From a virus: DNA of 64,000 bases. The notes under the pieces were generated by a model that saw only the letters and a list, made by a program, of their open reading frames with translations, ran no database searches and was not told the origin of the DNA. Location of the stretch: positions 5,737 through 69,736 of the IMG/VR virus record IMGVR_UViG_3300046462_000310; one strand, given 5' to 3'. Below are positions 48,001 to 55,661 of the stretch, piece after piece (the stretch's first letter is position 1; the number at the start of each line of letters is the position of its first letter). A program made the translations under genes and the position numbers.

Positions 48001-51000
48001 ATTCCTGCGCTTGCCCGACCTGTTTTACTAGATCCTCGTCGGCGCCGGACTTGCGAAGTTGCCCCTGCATATCACGAAAAAACCGGAGCAAAGTCGCAAG
48101 CGCCTTTCGGTTTTCGACGATGAATTGTCGGCTCGACTGCTCCGGTAGAAATTTGTCTTTCAGTCTAATCTTGCGGCCTTTGGCCAGTTGCATGTCGCCC
48201 GCCAGCCAATAGGCCCACATCTCATGCGCAAAATGGTAATCGCTCGAGCCTTCCGATTTATAGAAGGTCCGCATGGCGTCCTGAATCTTTTTCGGGAGCG
48301 ACTGGTAAATCTTAACCAGGTCGATGGGGCCGCGCACTTCGCCCGTCTTCGGATCCCGATTTTCCAACGCCGTAGTGACCGCATGCGTAACTTCGTGCGT
48401 CATAATGTTCGACGTGTGATCGGGGCTGCCCGTGTATTCCGCCGCGTGCCGAATCACGTCAGGAACCGAAATTACGAGTTTCCGTTCCGTAGATAGTAAC
48501 GCGCCACCGCTCTGTTGCCCTTCCAGTGTAAATCCGACACCCTGGAACGCTTTCTGCCAGCGTTCGTATTCCGGCTGCAGCACTTTCGCCACCACGCGCA
48601 CCTGTTTATCTTCCGCTGGCGTGAGCTCTCCGCCCTTCTCCGCCGCGGCGCTGGCCACTGCGCTCTCGACAAAATCATGTGGCTGGACTGCTTCGGTCGG
48701 GCCCGGCACTCGTGTAACATCACGAACCATGCCTTTGCCGGGCTGGATCTCACCTGCGACCTGCGCTTGCGCGGCCTGCTCACTCGGAGCCTGGACTTGT
48801 TTGATCTCCCGTTCACCCTTTGGCCCTTCCACTTCCACCGCAAAAGTCGGTTGCGATTCGGGCTTGAGCGTCTGTTGCCGCTGGGTTTCTTCATCCTTCG
48901 GCAAAATCTGAGCTGTAATCGGAGCAATCTGTTGAACCCGCGCCAGCGCCGCGTCGGTGATAATCGGCTTCGATCCGTCTGGGCCTTTCGCCATCTCCAC
49001 GCGAGCAACGCCGTTCTCGTCTTTGGATAAAACGGCCTTCTTCTCCGCAGCCGTAAGCGCATCCATCGGCTGCCCCTGCGAAATCTTAACGAGACCACGA
49101 AGCGCATCCTGTGTGACCGCATGCTCTTCGGGCGTCTTACCCTCCATCTGTAGGTTGTCGATCTCCTGGTGAGCCTGATCGACGGTCGGACGAGCAGCCG
49201 GTGCTTGCTTTTCCGTTGGACGTTGAACGTTTTCGGGCTGACCTGCGTTCCCCGTGGAACCTTCAACCGTAGCCCCAGTCTCCGGTTTAGGAACCGGCTT
49301 GTATTCCATCCCTAACGACTGCGCGAACGCCGCCACCTTCTCATGCGTAGTGCCTGCTACTTCTGGATCAATGCCACCGAAAAACGCGCGAAACTCCGGA
49401 GAAACACCGTCTTTTTTTGCCTTCGCGATGGATTCCTTGACTAAATCCGCTGTCTCCGGCCTCGCGTTCGCGGCCATACTCGCTGCCCTCTTGAAAGTGT
49501 CACCCAGCCCTTCACCGCTCAGGATTCCCATAATCGCCGCAGCTTGAGCTATAGATTGGAACGTCGGGTAATGAACCTCGTCTGGATTAAGACCGATCGC
49601 GTGCGTAGCCGCATCGAATCCCGGCCTTAACGCAGCCTCGAACGCAACCCCAGCACCAGCACCACTGGCGAGTTTAGTAGCGATGAACTTTACCGCAGCA
49701 CCCGCTCCCTGTTTCTCGGAAATAACGCTGGCTGCCTTAGCAAAACCTTGATACGAAGCGACCGCAGCCGGTCCCATGCCAGCGATCTCGCCGGCCGCCG
49801 CGTATCCTGGTTCCAACTTCGCGCTGCTTTCCAGCGAATTAACCAAGTCGCTGTAATTTGACGCGCGATCCAGTAATGCACCCGCCGCCTTTTGCGTGAT
49901 TGCCGTGCCAGCCAGGAAAGCTATACCGTGCACTAGAGCAGGTAAGGCCACCGCACCCCAGCCGCCGACAGGAGCAGTCAGGCTCGCACCACCAACCGCC
50001 AATTCAGGATCGAACGGAACCACCGCAGCCGAAGCGGCAGCACCACCTTGAAACGCGAGATAAGACTTGATCCCCGTATCTACGAACGCCTTGAGTTTCG
50101 GATTACTGCCGGCGGCATCCATCAACGCCTTATATTCGTCGTCAGCCTTCCGAGCGTCGGCCAAGTGGTCCTTGACGTAATCGGGAGACAACGCGCCATC
50201 GCGCATGGCTTTTATCATCGCTGGTCCAGTGTAGCCACGTTCGAACGACACGGTTCCGGCGTCTTTATCGGTGTGGTAAAGTCCGTCGGGAGTGTTACCT
50301 GATTCCCAATCCTTGCTGATTTCCTTCTCGGCTAATGCCCTCGATGTTGCATCCTTGGCTATTTGCTGAAGTTCTGGGCTTAACGTTGGCTGCCCAGCTC
50401 CGGCCTGGACCTGGTTGAACTTCTCCTGTAGCGCATCCCGCTGCGGAGCTAAAACAGCCTCGTTGTCCTCAAATTGCTGTTGTACCACCGAGTTGCGCTC
50501 GTTCGCCATCTGGTCGTGCGCGTCGATCAACGGTTGCAATTGCGCTTTTCGCTGTTGAACCTCGTCCAGCATCGGATTCAACCGGTTCAATAACGTCTGG
50601 ACCTGCGCTTTCTCGCGAATATCCGTCAAATCACCGATCGATCGACCGCCCAAAATCGTGTTCACCCGGTCCTGCAGCTTGCCAGCGACCTTCTCAAGCG
50701 GGTCGATTTGCGCCTGGGCCGCTTGGATTTCAGCGCGGGCCGGATTTAACCTGTCGTCATACGCCTTAGCGGTCGCATTGAGCGCATCCGAAACGTCATT
50801 GTGCGCCGCGTCCAGCGCATCGCGTTCCTGCATCAGTGGGCCGTAATTCGGGTCGTTCCTGAATTGCGCTTCCTGGTCTTGCTCCTGGCCTACACCCAGT
50901 TGCGCTTTACGGTCCTTTAGTGCTTTCAGGACTGGATCTTGTTCAGGGTCGAGGCCGCGAGCGCCGAGCGCGTCTTCGCGCTGCTGGATTACGCGGTCGA

Positions 51001-52171
51001 AATCTCCTTGCTCTTTCGGAGCTACTTCACTCCATCCCGCGCGGTTAGCATGAGCATCTTTCAACGCCTGGCGTGCACCGGAGAGCTCTTGCGCGACGCG
51101 ACTTTGCGGATTTAGAACCGAATCGCTCTTCGCGCTACCGGGCGAGACTGACGTTCCCGCGGGCGAGTAACCGGCTTCCGTTAGATCCTGAATCTGTTTT
51201 TCGAGTTCAGCCTTTCGGTCTTGAGCGGCTTTCGCGCCTTGCGATAAAGTGCCGCCTACACCAAAAATTCCGACACTATCCTTTTCGTTGAGTTTATCGG
51301 GCGTGATCCCATCGAGTTCCTTTTGTAACGCCTGTATCTGCTGCGCGTTCGCCTGAATGTCCTTAACTCGGGATTGAACATCCGAGAAAGCAGAATTGAC
51401 GTGTTCCCCGAGAGTTTCCTGAACCGCTGCGTGCAATTTTTTGTCCAGCGACAGCTTCGCCTCTTGCGCCGCCGCCTGGATATTTGGATCCTTGCTCTTT
51501 AATCCTTCATCGATTGTCCCTAGCGATTCCCACGGCGAATACTTGTTCTGCTTGAAGAGATGGTTCGGATAATCCGAGTGCGTCCCGATCGGAGCGTTGG
51601 CGTCAGGCTGGACCTGTTTCGGGCCCGAAGGCGTGTATTGCGTCTGTTGCGCTTGCCCTTGCTGGTCGTAGGTCACTGGGCCTTTGCCGGTCTTGTAAAT
51701 GACGTTCCCGTTTTCGTCGCGCTGCGGGACAAGATTCCCGTTCTCATCGCGCTCAGTCAGCACGCGACTCTGGCGAAGCGTATCCGCCGTTTCCGCGTTA
51801 TCGGCCTGTTGCTCGGGCCCAACCGCGGAACCGGCCAATCGTTGCTGGTAACGATAAGTCGATTGCGCGTAGTCATTCCATTTCTCGGCAGGAACAGGGA
51901 CATTGATAACTTGTCCGCGCCGGCCGCGTCGCTGCGTCGGTTGCGGTTCCTTCGGCGGCTCAAGCGTGTCGCCAGGATCTGGAACATCCGTCAGTTCTAC
52001 CGGCTGCGTCTGTGTGGCAGGACGAGCAAGCGGCTGCGCGTCCGCCACGGGATATGCGTTCGCCGGAGCACTCGGAGTGAGTGGTCTGTTTCCTACGCTT
52101 GAATCTACCCTGGCTCCCTGCTGTTGCTCTTCTTGAGGATCTTGGTCATCGGGATACGCCATATCACGCAC
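39041..52171 (-). CDS. Giant polyvalent / internal virion (ejection-type) protein, 4376 aa
   Basis: Coiled coils, hydrophobic segments, zincin HEVTH (about 48390), ParB-like domain (GNNRTMA, about 46990), LPD5-like DFGEKIGGARKD (about 45200), LPD1-like EFGNW/HEWFH/EMGARSFE (43560-44760), sigma70 domain (42640-43155), helical C-terminus. Confidence 0.85.
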   Translation of the reverse strand: MRDMAYPDDQDPQEEQQQGARVDSSVGNRPLTPSAPANAYPVADAQPLARPATQTQPVELTDVPDPGDTLEPPKEPQPTQRRGRRGQVINVPVPAEKWNDYAQSTYRYQQRLAGSAVGPEQQADNAETADTLRQSRVLTERDENGNLVPQRDENGNVIYKTGKGPVTYDQQGQAQQTQYTPSGPKQVQPDANAPIGTHSDYPNHLFKQNKYSPWESLGTIDEGLKSKDPNIQAAAQEAKLSLDKKLHAAVQETLGEHVNSAFSDVQSRVKDIQANAQQIQALQKELDGITPDKLNEKDSVGIFGVGGTLSQGAKAAQDRKAELEKQIQDLTEAGYSPAGTSVSPGSAKSDSVLNPQSRVAQELSGARQALKDAHANRAGWSEVAPKEQGDFDRVIQQREDALGARGLDPEQDPVLKALKDRKAQLGVGQEQDQEAQFRNDPNYGPLMQERDALDAAHNDVSDALNATAKAYDDRLNPARAEIQAAQAQIDPLEKVAGKLQDRVNTILGGRSIGDLTDIREKAQVQTLLNRLNPMLDEVQQRKAQLQPLIDAHDQMANERNSVVQQQFEDNEAVLAPQRDALQEKFNQVQAGAGQPTLSPELQQIAKDATSRALAEKEISKDWESGNTPDGLYHTDKDAGTVSFERGYTGPAMIKAMRDGALSPDYVKDHLADARKADDEYKALMDAAGSNPKLKAFVDTGIKSYLAFQGGAAASAAVVPFDPELAVGGASLTAPVGGWGAVALPALVHGIAFLAGTAITQKAAGALLDRASNYSDLVNSLESSAKLEPGYAAAGEIAGMGPAAVASYQGFAKAASVISEKQGAGAAVKFIATKLASGAGAGVAFEAALRPGFDAATHAIGLNPDEVHYPTFQSIAQAAAIMGILSGEGLGDTFKRAASMAANARPETADLVKESIAKAKKDGVSPEFRAFFGGIDPEVAGTTHEKVAAFAQSLGMEYKPVPKPETGATVEGSTGNAGQPENVQRPTEKQAPAARPTVDQAHQEIDNLQMEGKTPEEHAVTQDALRGLVKISQGQPMDALTAAEKKAVLSKDENGVARVEMAKGPDGSKPIITDAALARVQQIAPITAQILPKDEETQRQQTLKPESQPTFAVEVEGPKGEREIKQVQAPSEQAAQAQVAGEIQPGKGMVRDVTRVPGPTEAVQPHDFVESAVASAAAEKGGELTPAEDKQVRVVAKVLQPEYERWQKAFQGVGFTLEGQQSGGALLSTERKLVISVPDVIRHAAEYTGSPDHTSNIMTHEVTHAVTTALENRDPKTGEVRGPIDLVKIYQSLPKKIQDAMRTFYKSEGSSDYHFAHEMWAYWLAGDMQLAKGRKIRLKDKFLPEQSSRQFIVENRKALATLLRFFRDMQGQLRKSGADEDLVKQVGQAQEFIRSKVKEVDAHAQMESGKGSSETKAKSNVPTEQTARGPPGETRGEGAGAGAGEITGTRGTGRGDTGVPEVSGGAVEPASRIELAANAERSTPNAQRRTEEESEKAEVVAATKAAVKIGVRSPKSRIQEAVAASKESKIPVSAEQLLAYVLRGRFDEQSPVTKTSEVHPSVGAGATAPDNSSTRESGATGGVQAGTVPVGSGRDGGGETDRGTGAVGTAGETPNTQRPTPNVELGNSTEFKGQSIPLAGEWRTKNPRGSEVISGKWALAPIKSLTINTERGAAQDRIDRERTGAAQRLEIIQNLTPENVEIAWGASPTLNDGAPITTPDGSVEVGNNRTMAIRDMYASHPDKAAIYDKWARGEAARLGIKTDIPDGEPVALVRVTSAERGGLSQQELVKASNTAATEQRSIAETALSDRNLFSDPTLTQSLNPNEDGSFNHEFLTAFYNSVGAPKELRFEDGTPDNGKIERRAQAALLAHLLGEQPGVDRVLSSLMDNINTPGIRQVVSGLSKVGPAIVNVDTINPSLSITPNLGRALTTLLDYRRAKDSGEVRNVSDYFSQGAFDLGTAHRAVATDPLDARILELLANARSVKQVVDPLMRYVKAVVDYGDPNQQRFFGDEEPPSAAAILKAQKTTTNDTDREMLWNVAQSSATRRRTFPAYTTEELKQRVQSADEPTRSKMEAEIAARESGEAPLYTVPQITSEPVQRSLQDWAKIYRKLFSLEQSGAKLTQNQRRVLDKAESALGQKLMFGDETRGQQSVAQFKAKWTEGPIQGGEVQSQQGLFDQRGAVGRMPEGEEQGTLFSQRLRSRFANREFPGQLNLFDRLDAGEQRNAVALAERNTGGESNAIQKPETGGVLQHPQEGVGETGSQRGRVEPGEQGIKVAETGETQQPASVSEELPLGVPETSPVAGSELHRASNAVIQDFGEKIGGARKDLAEKTGPKGEGKTADERPSWMRKYHVFEDARKPGEWVIGLSDGGLASRSAFQSKAEAEKAIPLLEVSRNHDVRNIARSGETDNYAIQRSLGPRKRPTVKDGFATREDAMHYMATNPEEIINHKFNFPEKPWLDHIERTGPAHRPATTSKLGDVTPRMFQSAFGFRGGEFGNWNMGSSGQAALNHAYDAMYDLAHALGVDPRALSLNGELAIAFGARGHGLEGARAHYEPDYAVINLTKIKGAGSAAHEWFHAFDHYLARQDTKAPSEKTTEGTFKVSANKAGNYVSHGFSYKTKVRAELEDAFKAVMEAMVRKNVTGEIDKSLAEKNADRMSEHVASTLKDIRRQLETYHVYSRSKKPPTSQQLQRFDTISAKIEAGDVGDRKFIESEKSRFGGRESYQAIEDLNSVYKEVLGRSFATSADHSLGKQLFWQLKSMFDAQERLAKASEGVTEVKSRPTDYFRESRKIDDFRSSDYWSTPHEMGARSFESFVHDKLSAEGRRSDYLVHGVENKFYQMFDLKPYPEGEERSVLDTAWQKVFDVIEQERTGKGVALRTQALNVLRSQPINNEGERISAAAVRLPDGQIFTGAYHDDALSAAYAAAREGKVSRRGWSEGSIPGLLEGFTTTNGRFLDRDHAYEAVQSYAGAGAGTPIREAVQTLRSQPLVTQRPEGGPSPATERFNEELPLAMRIARSFENVKGPLERDDLEQHARIALARAAESYHPDKGAFRPFAVTAVRNELRGLYDRGNRLKRIQETRSLEAPIEGRNETSKDLIPSTSDVRSEAALDEGRKVINELVTQLPERMQAALNGILEGKSIREIADGIGVSPQAVSKLATTAMERMRRKLGEVGITKVSDLLSQPISKDERIEKVAVKLPNGRVVTSLGTHADALVDAIPDSTARFVISQDDRTEYGYTTSKGRFVDRDEALALTKKQGYTFTSDEGGLESGDALNVIDSYVKDELKAQSSADPLQQLIDSLNTDELENLFDKSNAEERGRYTIGRPDLAMGASEASQRAVDQYYTDLWKPKSRDQMQREAEKNPISATEVAQRWLNGDTLRDSEVMAAKTLLADLSRDTSPEGLRNMFAAGFAYRNIRGQTARDLAAGFDPHKTPEERNREFLTKVISTLPPAKEAEIEREPDKAKKRAMLDAAMKERLDQLEKAFSYISKGGVTLEDIMGGGWELHGKGKEFLENQRKNLDVPHQKALKLAIGGERTSKEIAKATGLTEKDVRDTIDQFNDQVEKELVAKVKAGLRVENMSFEGMLATQPLRAQEISDADALAEARKIMRGMGLVSAKDQGTFKVTKRKRSKIFVPPKVPRTVIESPEDVARRENAPVPYPEGQKPPYTGRVLGQPGLPLYQEMMVRKGADLGSVDDVAKIARVAQAANGNRADMIYEAGLQNLLSGPTTHITYKVGLLANSAFEFTVMRGLESLVNLMPMYQNSDAPTFKEFKYIFRGVVPSLARALRVGARQWSTESDIFDQEVLNSQSELYPGELNAEQTFHRPSISERPLQQFFGDKAKPVEDALQKNLGNWNPVRGRVIRMPTRVLWFVDGFIKTLNGMMEVTPVAYRMAKREGLSGDALTKRMNELVATPGSPAWIKAADFAKWMALREPVPFKDSKGNWVRGIKGNWIDNAVGQFAQTRSRSHAWGYFFPFVQLPYNYLKNAARGVAAPVTTPIKFTKAAKSSYDAGEGFFNWNGEKFQSNYSQPQQIRDIAKSIAALAVGAIIWRIIAGDSDDDDKHVLITGSTPYTQLKKGVRELQQRAYGGPYVIRIGGRNGVNFNYGKYEPAATILGTVADTLINTKHLLKGELGPREAVDALAGYLLAQTDEKSFLMNLDGLSKMFSGETPVTQAVPHLFLNWLVPNLIRQPLRNYDDFVPDAKHSNLAYNLLPMPSLRQPKIDVYGNPVKKTGNWFTRMFTMAAIHPYDELKKADRLLIHWNNSHPRDQKAVTEPGTTYQDIHGKTQQMTPAQSTKYQIAAGKRFDQLLTGRFTSQQIAKPTEEDVKLIEKLHTQATEQIKREMFPKGSTPQANRVNIVKQWKQAA
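45286..45453 (-). CDS. Nested 55-aa gene in the +1 frame of the giant ORF
   Basis: AGGAGG SD; MPYKSLKQAAYFNIHKKELEKQGVNVDEWNQASKGLKLPKR...; preceded by a dyad promoter. Confidence 0.7.
   Translation of the reverse strand: MPYKSLKQAAYFNIHKKELEKQGVNVDEWNQASKGLKLPKRAKLNSLPRSRKNSH
45488..45504 (-). promoter_or_regulatory. Internal dyad/promoter for the nested gene
   Basis: GACAGCG-TTT-CGCTGTT; TGAACA-17-TAGCTG. Confidence 0.6.
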
Positions 52172-52859
52172 CCTCCGTAACTGGAGATTTATGGCGCTTC
52201 GGATGGAAGACCGCGCGCTTATGATCCCAACCAGCCGAAATCCGATCCAAGATAGTTCCGTAGCTTATACCCCCACGCTCACTCCATTCCTTGACGCATA
52301 AGGTTTCCCCGGAGATGGACAACCTGATGTTAGTTCTTCGATTTCTGGCCTGATCTTTTGACGTTACCCAACGACAATTCGAAAGCTCGTAGTTCCCGTT
52401 CATGTCAACCCGATCGATCGAAGTTCCGACCGGCTTCTCGCCCATGTCAGCTAGGAAGTTTTCGAAATCCTGCCAACGCTCGCATACTCGTATCCCGCGA
52501 CCGCCGTACTGCGGGAAATTTTTACTCCTTGGATTTAAGCAACGCTCGCGCATCCCGCGCCAGCACTCGTAGGTCTTAGTGCTAGGCTTATCTAATCTTC
52601 GCGTGTGTCCGTGCGTAGATCGGTTGCGATTGGATCGCGACAACCTTTCTCGTCCCAAGCACCCACAACTGCGCGAATTTCCACGGACTAGGTTTCCTTC
52701 AAGAACAGGAATTGGCGCCTGATTTCCGCAGCCACAAATGCAAAGCCATGTTCGGCATTTCTTGCCGCTGGGTTGAATGTGATCCTTGCCGCGCTGAATG
52801 ACTTCAAATCGACCGAACTCGCGGCCTATCAGTCCGTCTTCATCGCAGTCATAATCCAT
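52164..52859 (-). CDS. HNH homing endonuclease
   Basis: CICGCG, SCGC, WRGMRERC, YGGRGI, SIDRVD..GNY..SNCRW. Confidence 0.85.
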   Translation of the reverse strand: MDYDCDEDGLIGREFGRFEVIQRGKDHIQPSGKKCRTWLCICGCGNQAPIPVLEGNLVRGNSRSCGCLGRERLSRSNRNRSTHGHTRRLDKPSTKTYECWRGMRERCLNPRSKNFPQYGGRGIRVCERWQDFENFLADMGEKPVGTSIDRVDMNGNYELSNCRWVTSKDQARNRRTNIRLSISGETLCVKEWSERGGISYGTILDRISAGWDHKRAVFHPKRHKSPVTEGA

Positions 52860-52871
52860 TCCATGAAACTG

Positions 52872-53636
52872 TTATTGCCACTGAAAATTCTGCGGCTGCA
52901 CCGCTCGCTCTTTGCGCGGCGTCATTGCCACCTGCCCGCCAACTGCCGGAGTAGGGCCAGCTTGTTGCCTGGGAAGGAAATTTATACCGGAACCGGTATT
53001 CACCGCGCTGGCCGTTCCGCCACTGGGGGTCCGAATCGATCCATCTGGGTTTCGCGTAGATCCCGACAATGAACCGCCAAGGGGACCGGTATTTACCGCG
53101 CTGGCTGTCCCGCCACTGGGAGTCGTGATCGATCCGTTGGGATTTTGCGTAGATCCCGCGAGGGAACCGCTTCCAAGCGGAACGTACCTACGTTCTGGTG
53201 TATTCGGAAGAATCGGATACCCGTTAGGGGCTCTATTGGAATTTGGACTAATAGGCACCGACGGAGGAGGAACCCGCGGCGGAACAGGTGCGGTCCGCGG
53301 TAACTGCGAGACTGCCGCTGTGTTCGGCGCTGCCGAGGTTGATCCAACAGGACCAGTGGGAGCCGTAGGCGGTCTCAAAAATTGCGGAGCGGTAGGAGCG
53401 GCTGCCGGAGAAGCAGGACGAGGAGCCTTGTCCACTTTCACGGTAGCGCCGGCACCCCTGGCTTCAAACGAGGTGCTGCCGGGGGTTGGACCAGCCGGAG
53501 ACTGACTTGCCGCCGGTCGCGGTAAAGTGTTCAACGCATGCTGATAACCAGCCTCGTGCGCATCGGTCCATCCCTTGTCACCGCGGTTCAACGCATCCGC
53601 GTCATCCGTCTCTGTGTCGTCGTTCTGGTTGGCCAT
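52872..53636 (-). CDS. Pro/Ser/Thr-rich disordered protein with an internal duplication
   Basis: Two copies of GSL.GST.NP.GSI.TPSGGTASAVNTG; start MANQN. Confidence 0.6.
   Translation of the reverse strand: MANQNDDTETDDADALNRGDKGWTDAHEAGYQHALNTLPRPAASQSPAGPTPGSTSFEARGAGATVKVDKAPRPASPAAAPTAPQFLRPPTAPTGPVGSTSAAPNTAAVSQLPRTAPVPPRVPPPSVPISPNSNRAPNGYPILPNTPERRYVPLGSGSLAGSTQNPNGSITTPSGGTASAVNTGPLGGSLSGSTRNPDGSIRTPSGGTASAVNTGSGINFLPRQQAGPTPAVGGQVAMTPRKERAVQPQNFQWQ
52993..53168. repeat. Tandem duplication, unit about 93 bp
   Basis: ccggtatt(c/t)accgcgctggc...ccgccactggg...gatcc...cgtagatcccg appears twice. Confidence 0.7.
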
Positions 53637-53653
53637 CGCTTTGGACAATGAAA

Positions 53654-53678
53654 TCACATGACAGCTATTCGCTGTCAA
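53654..53678 (-). promoter_or_regulatory. Dyad/promoter; left copy of a 25-bp direct repeat
   Basis: TCACATGACAGCTATTCGCTGTCAA. Confidence 0.75.
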
Positions 53679-54771
53679 CAAACAGATTTTTCGTGAACCG
53701 TTCCCACCTGATCCTGCTCCGCTCGGAATAACTGGCTAACCCGCGCAAGTTTGATCTTACCGCAGTAGTGGACGTGAACGCCCTGTTCATCTTGCGCGCA
53801 ATGTCGTCGCTATTGCCTTCATCCGCGAAATATGCCGGGTTTACCCAGCTCACTTCTTCACTCGTGACTACCGGAACTCCGTGCGTGGTCAAATCAGCGG
53901 AGTTAATACTGAATGTTTCGGAAAATGACACGTTTAACCCGAGATCCATCTTTGCACACAGATTCAAAAACTCCGGCCGCTTCAACCACGAATGTTCAAT
54001 GAGTAAATGTCCGCGATTCGACACGCCGGCGAACAATGCCCGCAGATTCTTTAACACCGGTTGCGCCATCTGCTCGATGCGCGTCGCGTTAATGTGAAAC
54101 TTGAGCGGTTTCCTGATCTTCTCCGCAAACTTAATCGCCGCCACCGCCTGAATTAGATGATTCTTGAGCGGCCTGATCGCGCCAAAGCACGAGACATGCA
54201 GATACCTGCGATGCCCCCGGACGTGATTGTGTAGATGCGCCGGGTAATAATTGGGAAGTAGCACCACCTTTTCCCTCACTTGATGCTCCGTCCATCCCCT
54301 GCCGATCCCGACCAGGAACGCAAATTCTTCATCTGTTCGAGCGTCATTGCACGCCAGATACACGTTCGGCAGCCCGACATACGCCAGACTCCATTCCATC
54401 ACCACGCCTTCAAGCGCCAGGAACGGCATGGAACTGTGATTGCGGACGACCCATTTCACTCGCGGATGCCGGCGATGCAGCACTTTGAACTTCTCCGGGA
54501 CCACCCAGTACGCTTCGATCACGCAAATATCCGGTCGGAACCGTGTGACTTCGCGATCGATCTGGTTGTTGTCGCGCACCTGGACCAGTTCGACATAATA
54601 CCCGAGCTGGTCTCGTAACATATCGGCCACCAGCCGCGCGCTGTTAAGCAGCCCGCTACACAAATGCCCGTAACTGTAACACCCGTTGCTTTCGTCGGTG
54701 TAAAGAAAATCACGATGCTTCAGCAAAAATAAAACACGTTTTCGAACAGGCGACGTATCGCAATGCGACAT
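53665..54771 (-). CDS. GT4-like glycosyltransferase
   Basis: FGAIRPLKN, VSFSETFS...AD...GVPVVTS. Confidence 0.8.
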   Translation of the reverse strand: MSHCDTSPVRKRVLFLLKHRDFLYTDESNGCYSYGHLCSGLLNSARLVADMLRDQLGYYVELVQVRDNNQIDREVTRFRPDICVIEAYWVVPEKFKVLHRRHPRVKWVVRNHSSMPFLALEGVVMEWSLAYVGLPNVYLACNDARTDEEFAFLVGIGRGWTEHQVREKVVLLPNYYPAHLHNHVRGHRRYLHVSCFGAIRPLKNHLIQAVAAIKFAEKIRKPLKFHINATRIEQMAQPVLKNLRALFAGVSNRGHLLIEHSWLKRPEFLNLCAKMDLGLNVSFSETFSINSADLTTHGVPVVTSEEVSWVNPAYFADEGNSDDIARKMNRAFTSTTAVRSNLRGLASYSERSRIRWERFTKNLFVDSE

Positions 54772-54781
54772 GCCGCAGTTT

Positions 54782-54806
54782 TCACACGACAGCTATTCGC
54801 TGTCAA
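54782..54806 (-). promoter_or_regulatory. Dyad/promoter; right copy of the 25-bp direct repeat
   Basis: TCACACGACAGCTATTCGCTGTCAA; TTGACA-17-GAAAACT, ATG 5 nt later. Confidence 0.75.
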
Positions 54807-54809
54807 AAC

Positions 54810-55661
54810 CTAACGAGTCACAGCGTTAATATTGCATCTGTGACAGAGCGGTTGAAATTCGTCGTAGCCAAGCATGAACATCTGACCCTGATTTTTTTCC
54901 TTGTACCACGCCGGGGGGTGATCCTCCCAACCCCACGGAAATTTTGGGAGCAATTCCTGCTCTAAATCTCGTATCCTTTTGGCTTCCTTGGGGAACCATA
55001 TCTCGAGTTCTGAAAGCTCACCAGGTTCCGCAAACGCTCCGCATAAACACTCTCCACTCTTATGAATCAGGTCCACCACTTCATTCCTGTGTAGTGCGCA
55101 GTGAGCCATGCAGGTGGAGCAGTCCTTTTTAGTAAAATCATGGATGGCGTTTAACCACACTTGTCTGCCTTTCTTTTGGGGTTCAGGTTTGACGTTCCCC
55201 ATTCTACGAACGCTCTCATCTGATCTCGCTCCACTAATATAGAGCACGGGTCGGACTGGGGTTGCCCTTATGTCTCTCTCGAATCTAGCTAGCTGTCTTT
55301 CTTTTAACTGGACGTACATGGCGTAGTGCTGTGGTGCTCCGGGAAAACCATGCTCCCTCACAATATCTTCGTAAATCTGTGGGTCCGGCGTTCCGTCAGC
55401 CTTGGTGTTTTCTGTCGCCTTGTATTCACGTAGGTTCCAATTTCTATTAGAGCAAGTTGCCCTGACGTAATCTCGTGTCTGCTCGACTCCGATTCCAGTA
55501 TTGATATGCAGTGTGGTATCCGCGCCCGATTCATTCGCGATGAGTGTTGCCGTTGCGCTGTCGTGCCCTCCGCTAAACAACGCCACTATTGCGATCGGAT
55601 TAAATCGATCTACCGCTGAACGAACGCGATCAGTGGCGCGTTGAATTAATTCTTTCACCAC
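54810..55661 (-). CDS. PAPS-reductase-family (PP-loop) protein
   Basis: FSGGHDS, NTG, GARSDESVRR, SGECLCG, CHRC. Confidence 0.8.
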   Translation of the reverse strand: MVKELIQRATDRVRSAVDRFNPIAIVALFSGGHDSATATLIANESGADTTLHINTGIGVEQTRDYVRATCSNRNWNLREYKATENTKADGTPDPQIYEDIVREHGFPGAPQHYAMYVQLKERQLARFERDIRATPVRPVLYISGARSDESVRRMGNVKPEPQKKGRQVWLNAIHDFTKKDCSTCMAHCALHRNEVVDLIHKSGECLCGAFAEPGELSELEIWFPKEAKRIRDLEQELLPKFPWGWEDHPPAWYKEKNQGQMFMLGYDEFQPLCHRCNINAVTR

